Shown here piece by piece: positions 48,306 through 57,671 of a stretch of 64,000 nucleotides of DNA. The translations under genes and the position numbers were made by a program. Under the pieces are notes generated by a model. It searched no databases and was not told where the DNA came from. It saw only the letters and a program-made list of their open reading frames with translations. Source of the stretch: an uncultured Oceanospirillaceae bacterium (GTDB lineage Bacteria; Pseudomonadota; Gammaproteobacteria; Pseudomonadales; Balneatricaceae); NCBI GenBank assembly GCA_937138495.1, contig CAKZPE010000016.1, positions 7,977-71,976 on the forward strand, given 5' to 3'. Positions within the stretch are counted from its first letter, which is position 1, and each line of letters begins with the position of its first letter.

Positions 48306-48947
48306 TCAGTACCACTCACCACGGTTACAGCGCAGTAACGCATTCACACTGGCGGAACTCACCGCACTGCCACCCTGACGGCCCAGCAGTGTTATACACG
48401 GAATCCCCAGTTCTTCATGGACTTCCCAGAGTGCATCCTTGGATTCTGCGGCACCCACAAAACCCACCGGCATACCGACAACCAGCGCTGGCTTCGGAGC
48501 ACCCTGCTGAATCATTTCCAGCAGACGGAACAGCGCTGTTGGCGCATTACCGATCACCACAACACTGCCTTCTAAGTAATCTTTCCAAAAATCCAGCGCC
48601 GCCATCGAACGGGTTTCGCCACGTGCTTTGGCCAGGTCTTTAACCCGCTCATCATTCAGAAAACACAGGGGCTCACGCTCAATCATGCGCTTGGTAATGC
48701 CCTGCTTCACCATTTCCACATCGCAGATAATCGGACAGTTTTTTGCCAGCGCCGCCATGCCGGATTCACAGGCACCTTCGCTGAAACGGACCAGATCAGC
48801 CACTTCAGGCAACCCAAGGCTATGAACGATACGCATAGCAACCTGTTGCTGCTCACGGCTCAGGCCTTCCAGGTTTGCGGTCTGGCGAATCTGACGGAAA
48901 CTTTCCTGTTCGATTGCCTGCGGGTTTAATTCGTATTCGAAGCTCAC
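48306..48947 (-). CDS. cobH: Precorrin-8X methylmutase CobH/CbiC
   Basis: 213 aa. The VVIGNAPTALF and GMPVGFVGA blocks are typical of CobH/CbiC. Confidence 0.9.
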   Translation of the reverse strand: MSFEYELNPQAIEQESFRQIRQTANLEGLSREQQQVAMRIVHSLGLPEVADLVRFSEGACESGMAALAKNCPIICDVEMVKQGITKRMIEREPLCFLNDERVKDLAKARGETRSMAALDFWKDYLEGSVVVIGNAPTALFRLLEMIQQGAPKPALVVGMPVGFVGAAESKDALWEVHEELGIPCITLLGRQGGSAVSSASVNALLRCNRGEWY

Positions 48948-48970
48948 GGGCCTGACTCTCTTATTAATGG

Positions 48971-49744
48971 TTAAATAGCCAAATGTGACCGCAGCGCGGT
49001 AACACAGTCGGCAATGTTGCTAAATTCCTGCCGGGCAGCGGGCATATCAGGCCGCTGCAGCATAAATACATCGGCACCACACTGACGGGCTGCTGCCAGT
49101 TTGGCGACAGTGGCATCACCGCCGCTGTTTTTGCTGACCAGCGCATCGATCTGATACTGATCAAACAGGGCAGTTTCCGCCGCCAGATCAAAGGGGCCGA
49201 TGGCTTTAATCCAGACCTGATCATCCGGCCAGCTAAACCGTGGCGGCGCAGCCGTCCGCAGGATCAGGCGCTGACCTTCTGCCCTGGCCTGTGCCAGCAA
49301 CTGCCCGCTGATGGTTTCGGTCAGTTGTCCGGCGGTCAGTAAAATATTCCGTTTACCGGCCAGTAATGCCGGTAAATCCTGCCAATCGTTAAAGCTGCGC
49401 CAGTTATCACCGGCTTCCGGTTGCCAGGCGGGCCGGTGAAAACGCCAACATGGCATATCCAACTCTCTGCAGACTTCCACCGCCGTCCGGCTCATGTTTG
49501 CAGCGAAGGGGTGCGTCACATCAAACACACCGCTAATCTGCTGATCCTGTAAATAACTTTTCAGGCCTCCGTACTGGGTAAAACCGCCGCTGATTACTTC
49601 ACAGTCCAGCTTCGGAATGCGCACCAGACCCGCAACGCTGTATACCAGAGACAGTGGCCCCTGTGGTGCGAGCAGCCCGGCTTCTGCCAATGCACTGACC
49701 AGATGACGGGCATCAGCAGTACCACCAAGGATCAGCCACTTCAC
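48971..49744 (-). CDS. cobK: Precorrin-6A reductase CobK/CbiJ
   Basis: [16 protein letters not shown]-terminus and C-terminal LVSKNSGG. 4-nt overlap with cbiD. Confidence 0.85.
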   Translation of the reverse strand: MKWLILGGTADARHLVSALAEAGLLAPQGPLSLVYSVAGLVRIPKLDCEVISGGFTQYGGLKSYLQDQQISGVFDVTHPFAANMSRTAVEVCRELDMPCWRFHRPAWQPEAGDNWRSFNDWQDLPALLAGKRNILLTAGQLTETISGQLLAQARAEGQRLILRTAAPPRFSWPDDQVWIKAIGPFDLAAETALFDQYQIDALVSKNSGGDATVAKLAAARQCGADVFMLQRPDMPAARQEFSNIADCVTALRSHLAI

Positions 49745-50895
49745 GATTGCTCTCCAGACTTCATATCCGCTTGCAAAGTCGCCGGGTAACAGCCGACAAA
49801 ACCGCCTTTACGGTCTACCGCAAAGATATCCAGCTGCAAGTTCTCCAGCGCCGGGACGTTCATCACATCCTTCGCTTTTTTCCAGGCTTCTTCACACACC
49901 CGGGAGGCCAGATCAACACCAGCATCCTGACAGGCTTTCAGCGCCTGCATACTGGTATTGGCCGTTTTAATGTCCTGTTGCAGGGCTTCATCCGCACCCA
50001 CTTCAGCTGCCAGTGCCGCTAAATGTTCAAGGTCAATACTGGAGGCGCGGCTGTTCAGATCCAGATGGCCATTTGCCAGCTTAGTTAACTTGCCGAAACC
50101 ACCACAAATAGTCAGGCGCTCAACCGGTACCTTCTTCAGATATTTCAGTACCGCGCCGACAAAATCGCCCATCTCAATCAGGCCCATTTCAGGGATATCA
50201 TAGATCCCGGTAATGGCTCCTTCACTGGTGCTGCCAGTGGTGGCAGCAATGTGAAACACACCGTTGGTGGTCGCCACATCAATGCCCTGATGGATAGAGG
50301 CGATATACGCCGCACAGGAATACGGACGGACAATGCCGGTCGTCCCCAGGATCGATAACCCGCCAAGAATGCCCAGCCGGGAATTCATGGTTTTCAGGGC
50401 GATAGTTTCCCCGCGCTCCACGCCTACAGACACTTCAAACCCGCCGGCATAACCATACACATCAGCAGCGTTGAGCAAGTGATCGGTCATCATCTTGCGC
50501 GGGACGCGGTTAATGGCAGGCTCACCTACCGGTAACGCCAGCCCTTCACGAGTGACGGTCCCCACCCCTTCGGCCGCTTTAAAGCGGACACCCGGTTCAG
50601 ACTGCAAACGCAGTTCTACATAGATAGTGGCACCGTGGGTGGCATCCGGGTCATCACCGGCATCTTTAACCGTTGCAGTACGCATGCCTGTATCCGCCGG
50701 CTGATCATCCAGTGGCTGATACCCCTCAATGGTCATGCTGACAACCTCGCCTTTAGGCAGGGTAATTTCAACAGCGGCGGGCTGACGGCCGGCCAGTAAC
50801 GCCTGAGCCGCAGCGACACTGCACGCAGTCGCGCAGGAGCCGGTGGTCAGGCCACTGCGTAATGGTTGAGGCGTTTCACTGGTTTCCGGCCACAT
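49741..50895 (-). CDS. cbiD: Cobalt-precorrin-5B C1-methyltransferase CbiD
   Basis: [13 protein letters not shown] and the [19 protein letters not shown] blocks are characteristic of CbiD. Confidence 0.9.
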   Translation of the reverse strand: MWPETSETPQPLRSGLTTGSCATACSVAAAQALLAGRQPAAVEITLPKGEVVSMTIEGYQPLDDQPADTGMRTATVKDAGDDPDATHGATIYVELRLQSEPGVRFKAAEGVGTVTREGLALPVGEPAINRVPRKMMTDHLLNAADVYGYAGGFEVSVGVERGETIALKTMNSRLGILGGLSILGTTGIVRPYSCAAYIASIHQGIDVATTNGVFHIAATTGSTSEGAITGIYDIPEMGLIEMGDFVGAVLKYLKKVPVERLTICGGFGKLTKLANGHLDLNSRASSIDLEHLAALAAEVGADEALQQDIKTANTSMQALKACQDAGVDLASRVCEEAWKKAKDVMNVPALENLQLDIFAVDRKGGFVGCYPATLQADMKSGEQS

Positions 50896-50924
50896 ACTGC
50901 GTTACCTGTCTGTGGTTAATCTGT

Positions 50925-52232
50925 TCAGCACTCTGCGCCAAATACCCGGGCAACCGCCTCGGGATTGGATGCAAAGAACAGGTGTAAATAACTGGCGGTC
51001 AGACCGCGGGACTGATAAATCGCTTCGCCCGGTGCAGGATGACGCTGACGGCGGCCATGCCCCACAGGTTCCGGCGTACTTTCACTGCGGGAACGGTGAT
51101 GTGCATGGGCACGTACTTCACCCTCCGGCAGCACAGCCGTCTGCATACCCTGACAACCGCGCTTGCCACGCATTGCCCCGGTGCCCTGCAGAATCCCCAG
51201 CATCGGATGGGATTCCCCTTCCAGATCCACCAGGTCATTCAGGCTGTAAAGGAAACCACCACACTCAGCCAGAATAGACTTACCGGCATCAAAGAAGCCG
51301 CGAATCTGGTTGTGCATATCCACGTTGACTGACAGGGCCTTGCAGTGCAGCTCCGGATAGCCGCCCGGCAGCCACATGGCGTCAGCGTCCGGCAGCTCAG
51401 AATCGTGCAATGGTGAAAAGAACACACAGCGGGCGCCCATCTCTTCCAGCAAGCGGATATTGGCATCATAGATAAAGCTGAAGGCTTCATCTTTTGCCAC
51501 TGCAATGGTCTTGCCTTCCAGCAGCACAGGGACTTCCGGCGCTTCAGCGCTATAGAACATCACCGGGGCCGGCAGCTCAGTAATCAGTTGACCATCTACC
51601 CATTCCGCCCCGGCGGTGAAACGCTGTTCCAGCTCTTCACGCACTTCTGAAGCCTGCACCAGGCCAAGATGGCGCTCAGGCAGTGCGACTTCTTCAGAAC
51701 GGGGCAGAGTCGCCAGCAACGGCAGATTTTCCGGTAACGCATTGCGGATCAGCTCAGCGTGGCGTTCGGTACCGCAGTGGTTGGCGATCAGGCCGGCAAC
51801 TTTAACGTCGTCCCGGAAGTTCGCCAGACCGCCGGCAACCGCCGCGGCGGTCTGCGCCATCCCTTTAACACTCATGACGATAGCAATCGGAATGTTAAAA
51901 CGGGCCGCCAGATCAGCACTGGAAGGATCACCGTCAAACATGCCCATGGCGCCTTCAACGATAATCAGATCAGCCACCTGCGCGGCTTCAAACAGTTTCT
52001 GCTGGCAGTACTCTTCACCGGCCATCCACATATCCAGTTGTTCAACATCTTCACCGGATGCCTGAGCCAGAATCTGCGGGTCCAGATAATCCGGACCGGT
52101 TTTGAATACCCGGACGACCTTGCCCTGATTACGGAAGTTGCGGGCAATGGCAGCGGTAATCGTCGTTTTACCTTCACCGGAGCTGGGGGCCGACAGGAAA
52201 ATAGCCGGACAGCTGACACTCTGAGTGGTCAT
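50925..52232 (-). CDS. cobB: Cobyrinate (hydrogenobyrinate) a,c-diamide synthase CobB/CbiA
   Basis: N-terminal SAPSSGEGKTTITAAIA ATP-binding domain and the C-terminal amidotransferase AECGGFLY. Confidence 0.9.
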   Translation of the reverse strand: MTTQSVSCPAIFLSAPSSGEGKTTITAAIARNFRNQGKVVRVFKTGPDYLDPQILAQASGEDVEQLDMWMAGEEYCQQKLFEAAQVADLIIVEGAMGMFDGDPSSADLAARFNIPIAIVMSVKGMAQTAAAVAGGLANFRDDVKVAGLIANHCGTERHAELIRNALPENLPLLATLPRSEEVALPERHLGLVQASEVREELEQRFTAGAEWVDGQLITELPAPVMFYSAEAPEVPVLLEGKTIAVAKDEAFSFIYDANIRLLEEMGARCVFFSPLHDSELPDADAMWLPGGYPELHCKALSVNVDMHNQIRGFFDAGKSILAECGGFLYSLNDLVDLEGESHPMLGILQGTGAMRGKRGCQGMQTAVLPEGEVRAHAHHRSRSESTPEPVGHGRRQRHPAPGEAIYQSRGLTASYLHLFFASNPEAVARVFGAEC

Positions 52233-52246
52233 ATTGACGTTGTCTC

Positions 52247-52855
52247 CTAGTACTCGATACCTTCCTGAGCTTTTACACCCAGGCGGAATGCGTGACGTTC
52301 ATCGCGGACACTGCTGATCGTATCGGCAATGTCTTCCAGCCCTTCCGGCATCACCCGGCCGGTGATCATGACGTTCTGCTTTGCAGGACGGTTCTGCAAC
52401 GCCTTAACAACCGGTTCCAGTTCAAGGTACTTGTACTTGAACATGTAGCTCATCTCATCAAAGATCAGGATGTCGTAGTAATCATCCTGCAGCAGTTTTT
52501 CAGCCAGTTCCCAGGCCCGTTCAGCCGCAGCGATGTCCTGAGACTTGTCCTGAGTTTCCCAGGTAAAACCGTGCCCCATCACGTGCCAGTCAATCTGCGG
52601 ATGATCTTTAAACAGCTTAAATTCACCGGTTTCGGTCCGGCCCTTGATGAACTGAATAACCGCCGCACGCTGACCGTGGCCAACCGAACGGGCCATGGTG
52701 CCAAACGCTGAGCTGCTCTTGCCTTTCCCGTTACCTTTTAACAGGATCAGTACGCCACGTTCTTCAGTTGCCTTGGCAATCTTTTCGTCAACTATGGCCT
52801 TTTTCCGGGCCATACGCTCTTCGTGGGTCTGTTTCGGTTTTGCCTGATCGGTCAT
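52247..52855 (-). CDS. cobO: Cob(I)yrinic acid a,c-diamide adenosyltransferase CobO/BtuR
   Basis: LLKGNGKGKSSSAFG P-loop variant and the DEMSY / ITGR blocks of the CobA/CobO/BtuR family. Confidence 0.9.
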   Translation of the reverse strand: MTDQAKPKQTHEERMARKKAIVDEKIAKATEERGVLILLKGNGKGKSSSAFGTMARSVGHGQRAAVIQFIKGRTETGEFKLFKDHPQIDWHVMGHGFTWETQDKSQDIAAAERAWELAEKLLQDDYYDILIFDEMSYMFKYKYLELEPVVKALQNRPAKQNVMITGRVMPEGLEDIADTISSVRDERHAFRLGVKAQEGIEY

Positions 52856-52893
52856 CGTGATGCCCTCTTGTTTTGCTCTGCTTTTTTTAAACG

Positions 52894-54687
52894 CTACAGA
52901 GCGATATATTCTGCACGTAACTGTTGTGCCAGAGTTTCACCCCGGCCACGCTTTACGCTTGCCTGTTCGGTATCCAGCCAGAAGGTTTTACCCGGCAGGC
53001 TGATATCAGTTAACTGCGCCTGACTGCGGCCATCAGTTAACACGTATGTGTGTATTTCCAGCGCCGGAAACTGACGCTGTATCTGCTGCAGGTAACCGGC
53101 AACATGGCTGAAGACCTGCCGCATCGGTGTTCCGCCGCCGGCACTCAGATTATCCAGCCAGCGCTGTAATTCTTTCGGTGCCCGGATTTGCGGCAGCAGG
53201 TTTTCCACCCGGTTATTGCCAAATCCAAAAATAGCCAGTTGCTGACGCTCCAGATATGCCCGGCGGGCTATCTCCACCATGGCGCCTTTGGCCCGGGCGA
53301 ACACGCCTTCAGCCAGCGTTGATGCTGATGTATCCAGTAACAGGCAGTGCAACTGGCTGCGGCCTTCCGGCTGGCGCTTAAACACCAGTTGTGGCGGCCA
53401 TTCACCCAGACTCTTGCCTAACGTGGCGAACCAGTCCGGCCGGTTTGTCTTGGTTGCGCCTCTGGCAGAACCGTTCTGTGCCGCTGTTTTACCCTGACGG
53501 CCGGCGGAGGGTGCGGCAAGCGCCTTGCCTTTCAGCGGGACCGCCTGATCCAGTTCAGCGGGCAAAGCTACGTCAATAGCCTGATCAGTCGCATAGGCCT
53601 GTGGCGCCATACTGCCCCAGTCACCCTGCTGATCTTTGTCTGACTGACTCTGCTGATCCTGTTGTGATGACTGCTCTGATGGTTGGCGCTGGCTGTCATC
53701 CGGCCGCTTAAAGCCCCCGTTACGGGGTGGTTTGGGTGGCTGCTGTTCAGTGTTTTGTTCCGGTGACGGCGGCTGAGTGTCCTGACCGCCATCATTTTTA
53801 CGGCGATGGGCCAGTACCAGCTCAGCAACCGCCTCTATATCTTCACGGGATACCGCGTCCCGCCCCTGCAGGGCCGCATGGGCCACAGCTGCACGGAACC
53901 AGACAATGTCCCCCCGCAAACCGTCAACGCCGGCGGCGTTACAGGCCTCAGCAATGGCAATCCGCAACGCATCACTACAGGTTACCTGAGTCAGAATTTG
54001 CCGGGCAGTCACAATCTTCGCCAACAGTTCAGCCTGAGTTTCACGGTAGGTATCACAGAAGCCCTGCGGATCAGCATCAAACGCTTCCCGGTGACGCACA
54101 ATCTCTACCCGCTCAGCAACCGGATACTGATTACTCAGATTAACGGCCAGGCCAAAACGGTCCTGCAACTGAGGCCGCAACGCCCCTTCATCCGGGTTCA
54201 TGGTGCCCAGCAGTAAAAAACTGGCCGCATGCTGATGGCTGATACCGTCCCGCTCAATACGGTTCACACCGCTGGCGGCCACATCCAGTAACTGGTCCAC
54301 CAGGTGATCGTTAAGCAAGTTCACTTCATCGACATACAGCACACCCTGATGCGCTTTACTCAGCAGGCCCGGCCGAAAGCTGACCTGTTTGTCATTCAGC
54401 ACCTGCTGCAGATCCAGCGAGCCGAGTAGCATTTCTTCACTGGCACCCAGAGGCAGCGTCACAAACGGCGCTGTGGCATCATCCGTTTCCCGGTGCGGCA
54501 GAATGTCCACCAGACCGCGGGCCAGTGTCGACTTGGCGCAACCCCGAGGGCCACTCACCAGCACCCCGCCAATGGCAGGGTTAACGGCAGCCAGCATCAG
54601 CGCCAGCTTCAGATTTTGCTGACCGGTGACTGCTGCAAATGGAAACTGCTGTTCATTCATCGTCTGTGTATCTTTCCTGTTTGCCAC
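52894..54687 (-). CDS. ChlI/ChlD-like chelatase subunit: AAA+ module, Pro/Gln-rich linker and vWA (MIDAS) domain in one polypeptide
   Basis: N-terminal FPFAAVTGQQNLKLAL...GPRGCAKST...VLYVDEVNLL...LLGTMNPDEG.LRPQLQDRF (ChlI/BchI-like). A linker of about 90 aa rich in Q/P/S/D. C-terminal LLLDTSAS...GGGTP...LTDG (DxSxS MIDAS vWA). An alternative start is at the second ATG (MNEQQF). Confidence 0.85.
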   Translation of the reverse strand: MANRKDTQTMNEQQFPFAAVTGQQNLKLALMLAAVNPAIGGVLVSGPRGCAKSTLARGLVDILPHRETDDATAPFVTLPLGASEEMLLGSLDLQQVLNDKQVSFRPGLLSKAHQGVLYVDEVNLLNDHLVDQLLDVAASGVNRIERDGISHQHAASFLLLGTMNPDEGALRPQLQDRFGLAVNLSNQYPVAERVEIVRHREAFDADPQGFCDTYRETQAELLAKIVTARQILTQVTCSDALRIAIAEACNAAGVDGLRGDIVWFRAAVAHAALQGRDAVSREDIEAVAELVLAHRRKNDGGQDTQPPSPEQNTEQQPPKPPRNGGFKRPDDSQRQPSEQSSQQDQQSQSDKDQQGDWGSMAPQAYATDQAIDVALPAELDQAVPLKGKALAAPSAGRQGKTAAQNGSARGATKTNRPDWFATLGKSLGEWPPQLVFKRQPEGRSQLHCLLLDTSASTLAEGVFARAKGAMVEIARRAYLERQQLAIFGFGNNRVENLLPQIRAPKELQRWLDNLSAGGGTPMRQVFSHVAGYLQQIQRQFPALEIHTYVLTDGRSQAQLTDISLPGKTFWLDTEQASVKRGRGETLAQQLRAEYIAL

Positions 54688-54695
54688 TCGGGCGT

Positions 54696-56078
54696 TTATT
54701 GCTTCGGCCAGTGTGCGTGGTGTTCATCAATCACAAACCGGTGCCGGTGCCGGTGTTTAGCATGGTAATGGGGATGCACATGTGGCTCTGGGCCTTCCCA
54801 GCCTTCATGTTCATGCTGGTGATGTTCATCATGCGTATGCGGATGCAAATGTTCCTGTGCCGGGTGTACATGCCACATATTCGCCTGATCATCAGGCTGC
54901 CATAACCGGGCGGCTAACAAAGTGGCCAGCACAGCCACCACACCCAATACGGCAAAACTGGCCTGCATGCCCCACTCATTGCCGATACTACCAGCCAGCA
55001 AATATCCCACCAGCCACATACCATGCGTTAGCGCAAAGTTTGCAGAAAAATAATCGTTGCGGTCCCCGGCATTACAGGAATCACGTACCACGCGCCCGGT
55101 CGGAATCAGCACCATTGAGGTTGCGCCACCAATCAGGAACCAGATGGGGAATAAACCTGCGTATCCGGGCCCGCTGAGCCCGGAAAACAACGCTACACTG
55201 AATAACACACCGCCAGACAGCATGACTGAACGGTTGGAAAAATGATCCAGCAGCTTCGGCAATAAGAATGCAGCCACCATTGAACCGACACCGGCAGCAG
55301 CCATCAGCGTAGGAACCGCCGACTCGCTCATACCCAGCACCTGACGTACATACACCACCGTATTCACAATGATCATTGCGCCGGCTGCTGACAGCGCCAG
55401 GTTCAGTGCCAGCACACCCCGTAAACGTGGGGTTTTCAGATAACTGATGATACCGAAGCTAACATGCTGCCAGACCCCGCCGGTACGTTCATTCGCCGCT
55501 GCTTTAGGAATTTTAACCAGAAAAATACAGCCCGCAGCCAGCGCGAAAGCAACGGCATTAAGCTGGAACAATATTTCATAGGACGTAATAAGCAGTAAGC
55601 CGGCAGCCAGTGCCGGGCTTAACAGACTCTCCAGCTCCATCGCCAGACGGGACAGCGAAAGCGCCCGGGTGTATTCGTCTTCATCAGGCAAGACATCCGG
55701 CAACAGAGCCTGATAAACAGGGGTATAACCGGCCGCCAGCGCATTCAGGAAAAAGATCAGCAAAAATACTTGCCACACTTCGGTCGCAAATGGCAGCAAC
55801 ACAACAATCAATGCCCGCCCCAGGTTCAACCCGGCCAGCCAGCTACGGCGGGGAAATGCATGACTGTAACCGCCCACGACCGGAGCCACACAGAGGTAAG
55901 CAACCATTTTGACCGCCAGCGCCGAACCCAGCACCAGACCGGCATACAGTGGATTCAGGTCATATACCATCAGCGCCAGAGCAACCGTCGCCATGCCTGT
56001 CCCTAACAGGGACACGACCTGACCAAGAAACAACCAGCGAAATACCGGATGGGTTAACGGGCTAAAAAACGGGCTCAT
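54696..56078 (-). CDS. MFS transporter (EntS/MFS_3-like) with an extremely His-rich C-terminal tail
   Basis: 12 hydrophobic segments. N-terminal FRWLFLGQVVSLLGTGM is typical of MFS_3. The last 58 residues contain 20 His (HVHPAQEHLHPHTHDEHHQHEHEG...HVHPHYHAKHRHRHRF..DEHHAH). Confidence 0.8.
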   Translation of the reverse strand: MSPFFSPLTHPVFRWLFLGQVVSLLGTGMATVALALMVYDLNPLYAGLVLGSALAVKMVAYLCVAPVVGGYSHAFPRRSWLAGLNLGRALIVVLLPFATEVWQVFLLIFFLNALAAGYTPVYQALLPDVLPDEDEYTRALSLSRLAMELESLLSPALAAGLLLITSYEILFQLNAVAFALAAGCIFLVKIPKAAANERTGGVWQHVSFGIISYLKTPRLRGVLALNLALSAAGAMIIVNTVVYVRQVLGMSESAVPTLMAAAGVGSMVAAFLLPKLLDHFSNRSVMLSGGVLFSVALFSGLSGPGYAGLFPIWFLIGGATSMVLIPTGRVVRDSCNAGDRNDYFSANFALTHGMWLVGYLLAGSIGNEWGMQASFAVLGVVAVLATLLAARLWQPDDQANMWHVHPAQEHLHPHTHDEHHQHEHEGWEGPEPHVHPHYHAKHRHRHRFVIDEHHAHWPKQ

Positions 56079-56119
56079 AACAACTCTGTCTTACCTGTGT
56101 ATTAAAGCAGCCTCCGCGA

Positions 56120-56815
56120 TCAGGCCGGTATGGCACTGAGGCTGGTTTGATAATCCACGATATTCGCATCCTGCAACCGCACCCAGCGGGTCGCCAGCTG
56201 CTCGAGGAAGCTGTCATCATGGGAAATAATAATCATCGCCTGCGGCAGGTTCTGCAGGGTTGTCAGCAGGCGCTCACGGGCCCGGGTATCCAGCGCATTG
56301 CTGGGTTCATCCAGCAACAGCACTTCCGGCTCCATCGCCAGTACCGAGGCCAGGGTAATCATTCGTTTTTCGCCGCCGGACAGCTGATGAGTAACCCGTT
56401 CCTCAAATCCGGCCATGCCAAGTGATTCCAGCGTCTTGCTGGCAATCGCCATTGCTTCGTCCCGGCTCTTCCCCAGGTTCAGCGGGCCAAAGGCAACATC
56501 TTCAATCACGGTCGGGCAAAACAACTGGTCATCGGGATCCTGAAACAGGAAACCGACCTTGCCGCGCACTTCAACAAAATCAGACTCTTCACTGCGGGTT
56601 TCACCAAAGGCAAGAATTTCACCCTGTTTGGCTTTTTTCAGCCCCATCAGCAAATGAAACAGGGTGGTTTTACCTGCGCCATTGGCACCGGTCAGGGCAA
56701 CCCGCTCACCATTATGCAAACTGAAATCAACCGCATCCAGTACAACACCCCGGCGAGGGTATCGGTAGCTGAGACCACGGACTTCAAGTAATGCGGTCTT
56801 ATTCATGTTTGTCAT
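56120..56815 (-). CDS. cbiO: ECF/cobalt-nickel transporter ATPase CbiO/NikO
   Basis: Walker A GANGAGKTT, signature LSGGEKRM and Walker B LLLDEP. Confidence 0.9.
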   Translation of the reverse strand: MTNMNKTALLEVRGLSYRYPRRGVVLDAVDFSLHNGERVALTGANGAGKTTLFHLLMGLKKAKQGEILAFGETRSEESDFVEVRGKVGFLFQDPDDQLFCPTVIEDVAFGPLNLGKSRDEAMAIASKTLESLGMAGFEERVTHQLSGGEKRMITLASVLAMEPEVLLLDEPSNALDTRARERLLTTLQNLPQAMIIISHDDSFLEQLATRWVRLQDANIVDYQTSLSAIPA

Positions 56816-56865
56816 AACCCTATTTCAACCCGTATTTACGCGCAGAGCCGGTCATGCAACCGGCC

Positions 56866-57648
56866 TTAATAAAAATTCAGTCCAACCAGTATGGTTAAAC
56901 AGACGCCACTGAGCACCATAAAGTAGTAGTCGTGGCGCAGTATTTCCATGTTATCCAGCAGGTACAGCTTGCCCTGGTACCCCCGACACTTCATAGCAGC
57001 CATGATGCGCTCGGAACGTTCCAGCGAATGCACCAGCAGCATACCCACCAGATAGCCAACTGAGCGCCAGGTATGCATATTACTGCGCAATACAAACGCC
57101 CGGGCCTGCATCGCCCGGCGCATTCGCTTATATTCCTGGCCGATCACATCCAGATAACGCACAGTAAACATCAGCAGATGCACCAGCTTCTCCGGCACCT
57201 TCAGATGCGCCATTGCATGGCCCAGAGTGGTTGCGCCCATGGTACCCACCAGTGCCAGCAGAGCCAGCACCACCGCATTCGCCTTCAAAGCAATTTTGCA
57301 GGCATGCAGTAAACCTTCAATGCTGGCACCAAAACCAAAGACACTGAACATTTCCCGTCCCGGCGTAGTGAACGGCAGCATGATCACCAGGAATATCATG
57401 AACATATCCATGGCGATTACCCGGCGCAGGGTGCGCTTAACATTCAGCTTAGCCAGCCCCGCCACGAGCAGCGCCAGCAACAGGCCAAAGATCAGCACTG
57501 CAAAGTTATGGGACAGTACAACGGCAAAAGAAAACAGCATTGCTGCAGCGACCCGCACCCGGGGATCAAGGATATCAATCACCGAACGGTGGTGCTTTAA
57601 CTGCTGCCCTTTCCAGGACGTACCGCTATGTTCCAGATTCTGAGGCAA
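56866..57648 (-). CDS. cbiQ: ECF transporter transmembrane (T) component CbiQ/NikQ
   Basis: 260 aa with about 5-6 TM segments. Ala-Arg-Gly type coupling motifs (MQARAF, MKCRGY). Positioned between cbiO and cbiM. Confidence 0.85.
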   Translation of the reverse strand: MPQNLEHSGTSWKGQQLKHHRSVIDILDPRVRVAAAMLFSFAVVLSHNFAVLIFGLLLALLVAGLAKLNVKRTLRRVIAMDMFMIFLVIMLPFTTPGREMFSVFGFGASIEGLLHACKIALKANAVVLALLALVGTMGATTLGHAMAHLKVPEKLVHLLMFTVRYLDVIGQEYKRMRRAMQARAFVLRSNMHTWRSVGYLVGMLLVHSLERSERIMAAMKCRGYQGKLYLLDNMEILRHDYYFMVLSGVCLTILVGLNFY

Positions 57649-57671
57649 ATCTGTCTCCTTGCCGTTTCAGA

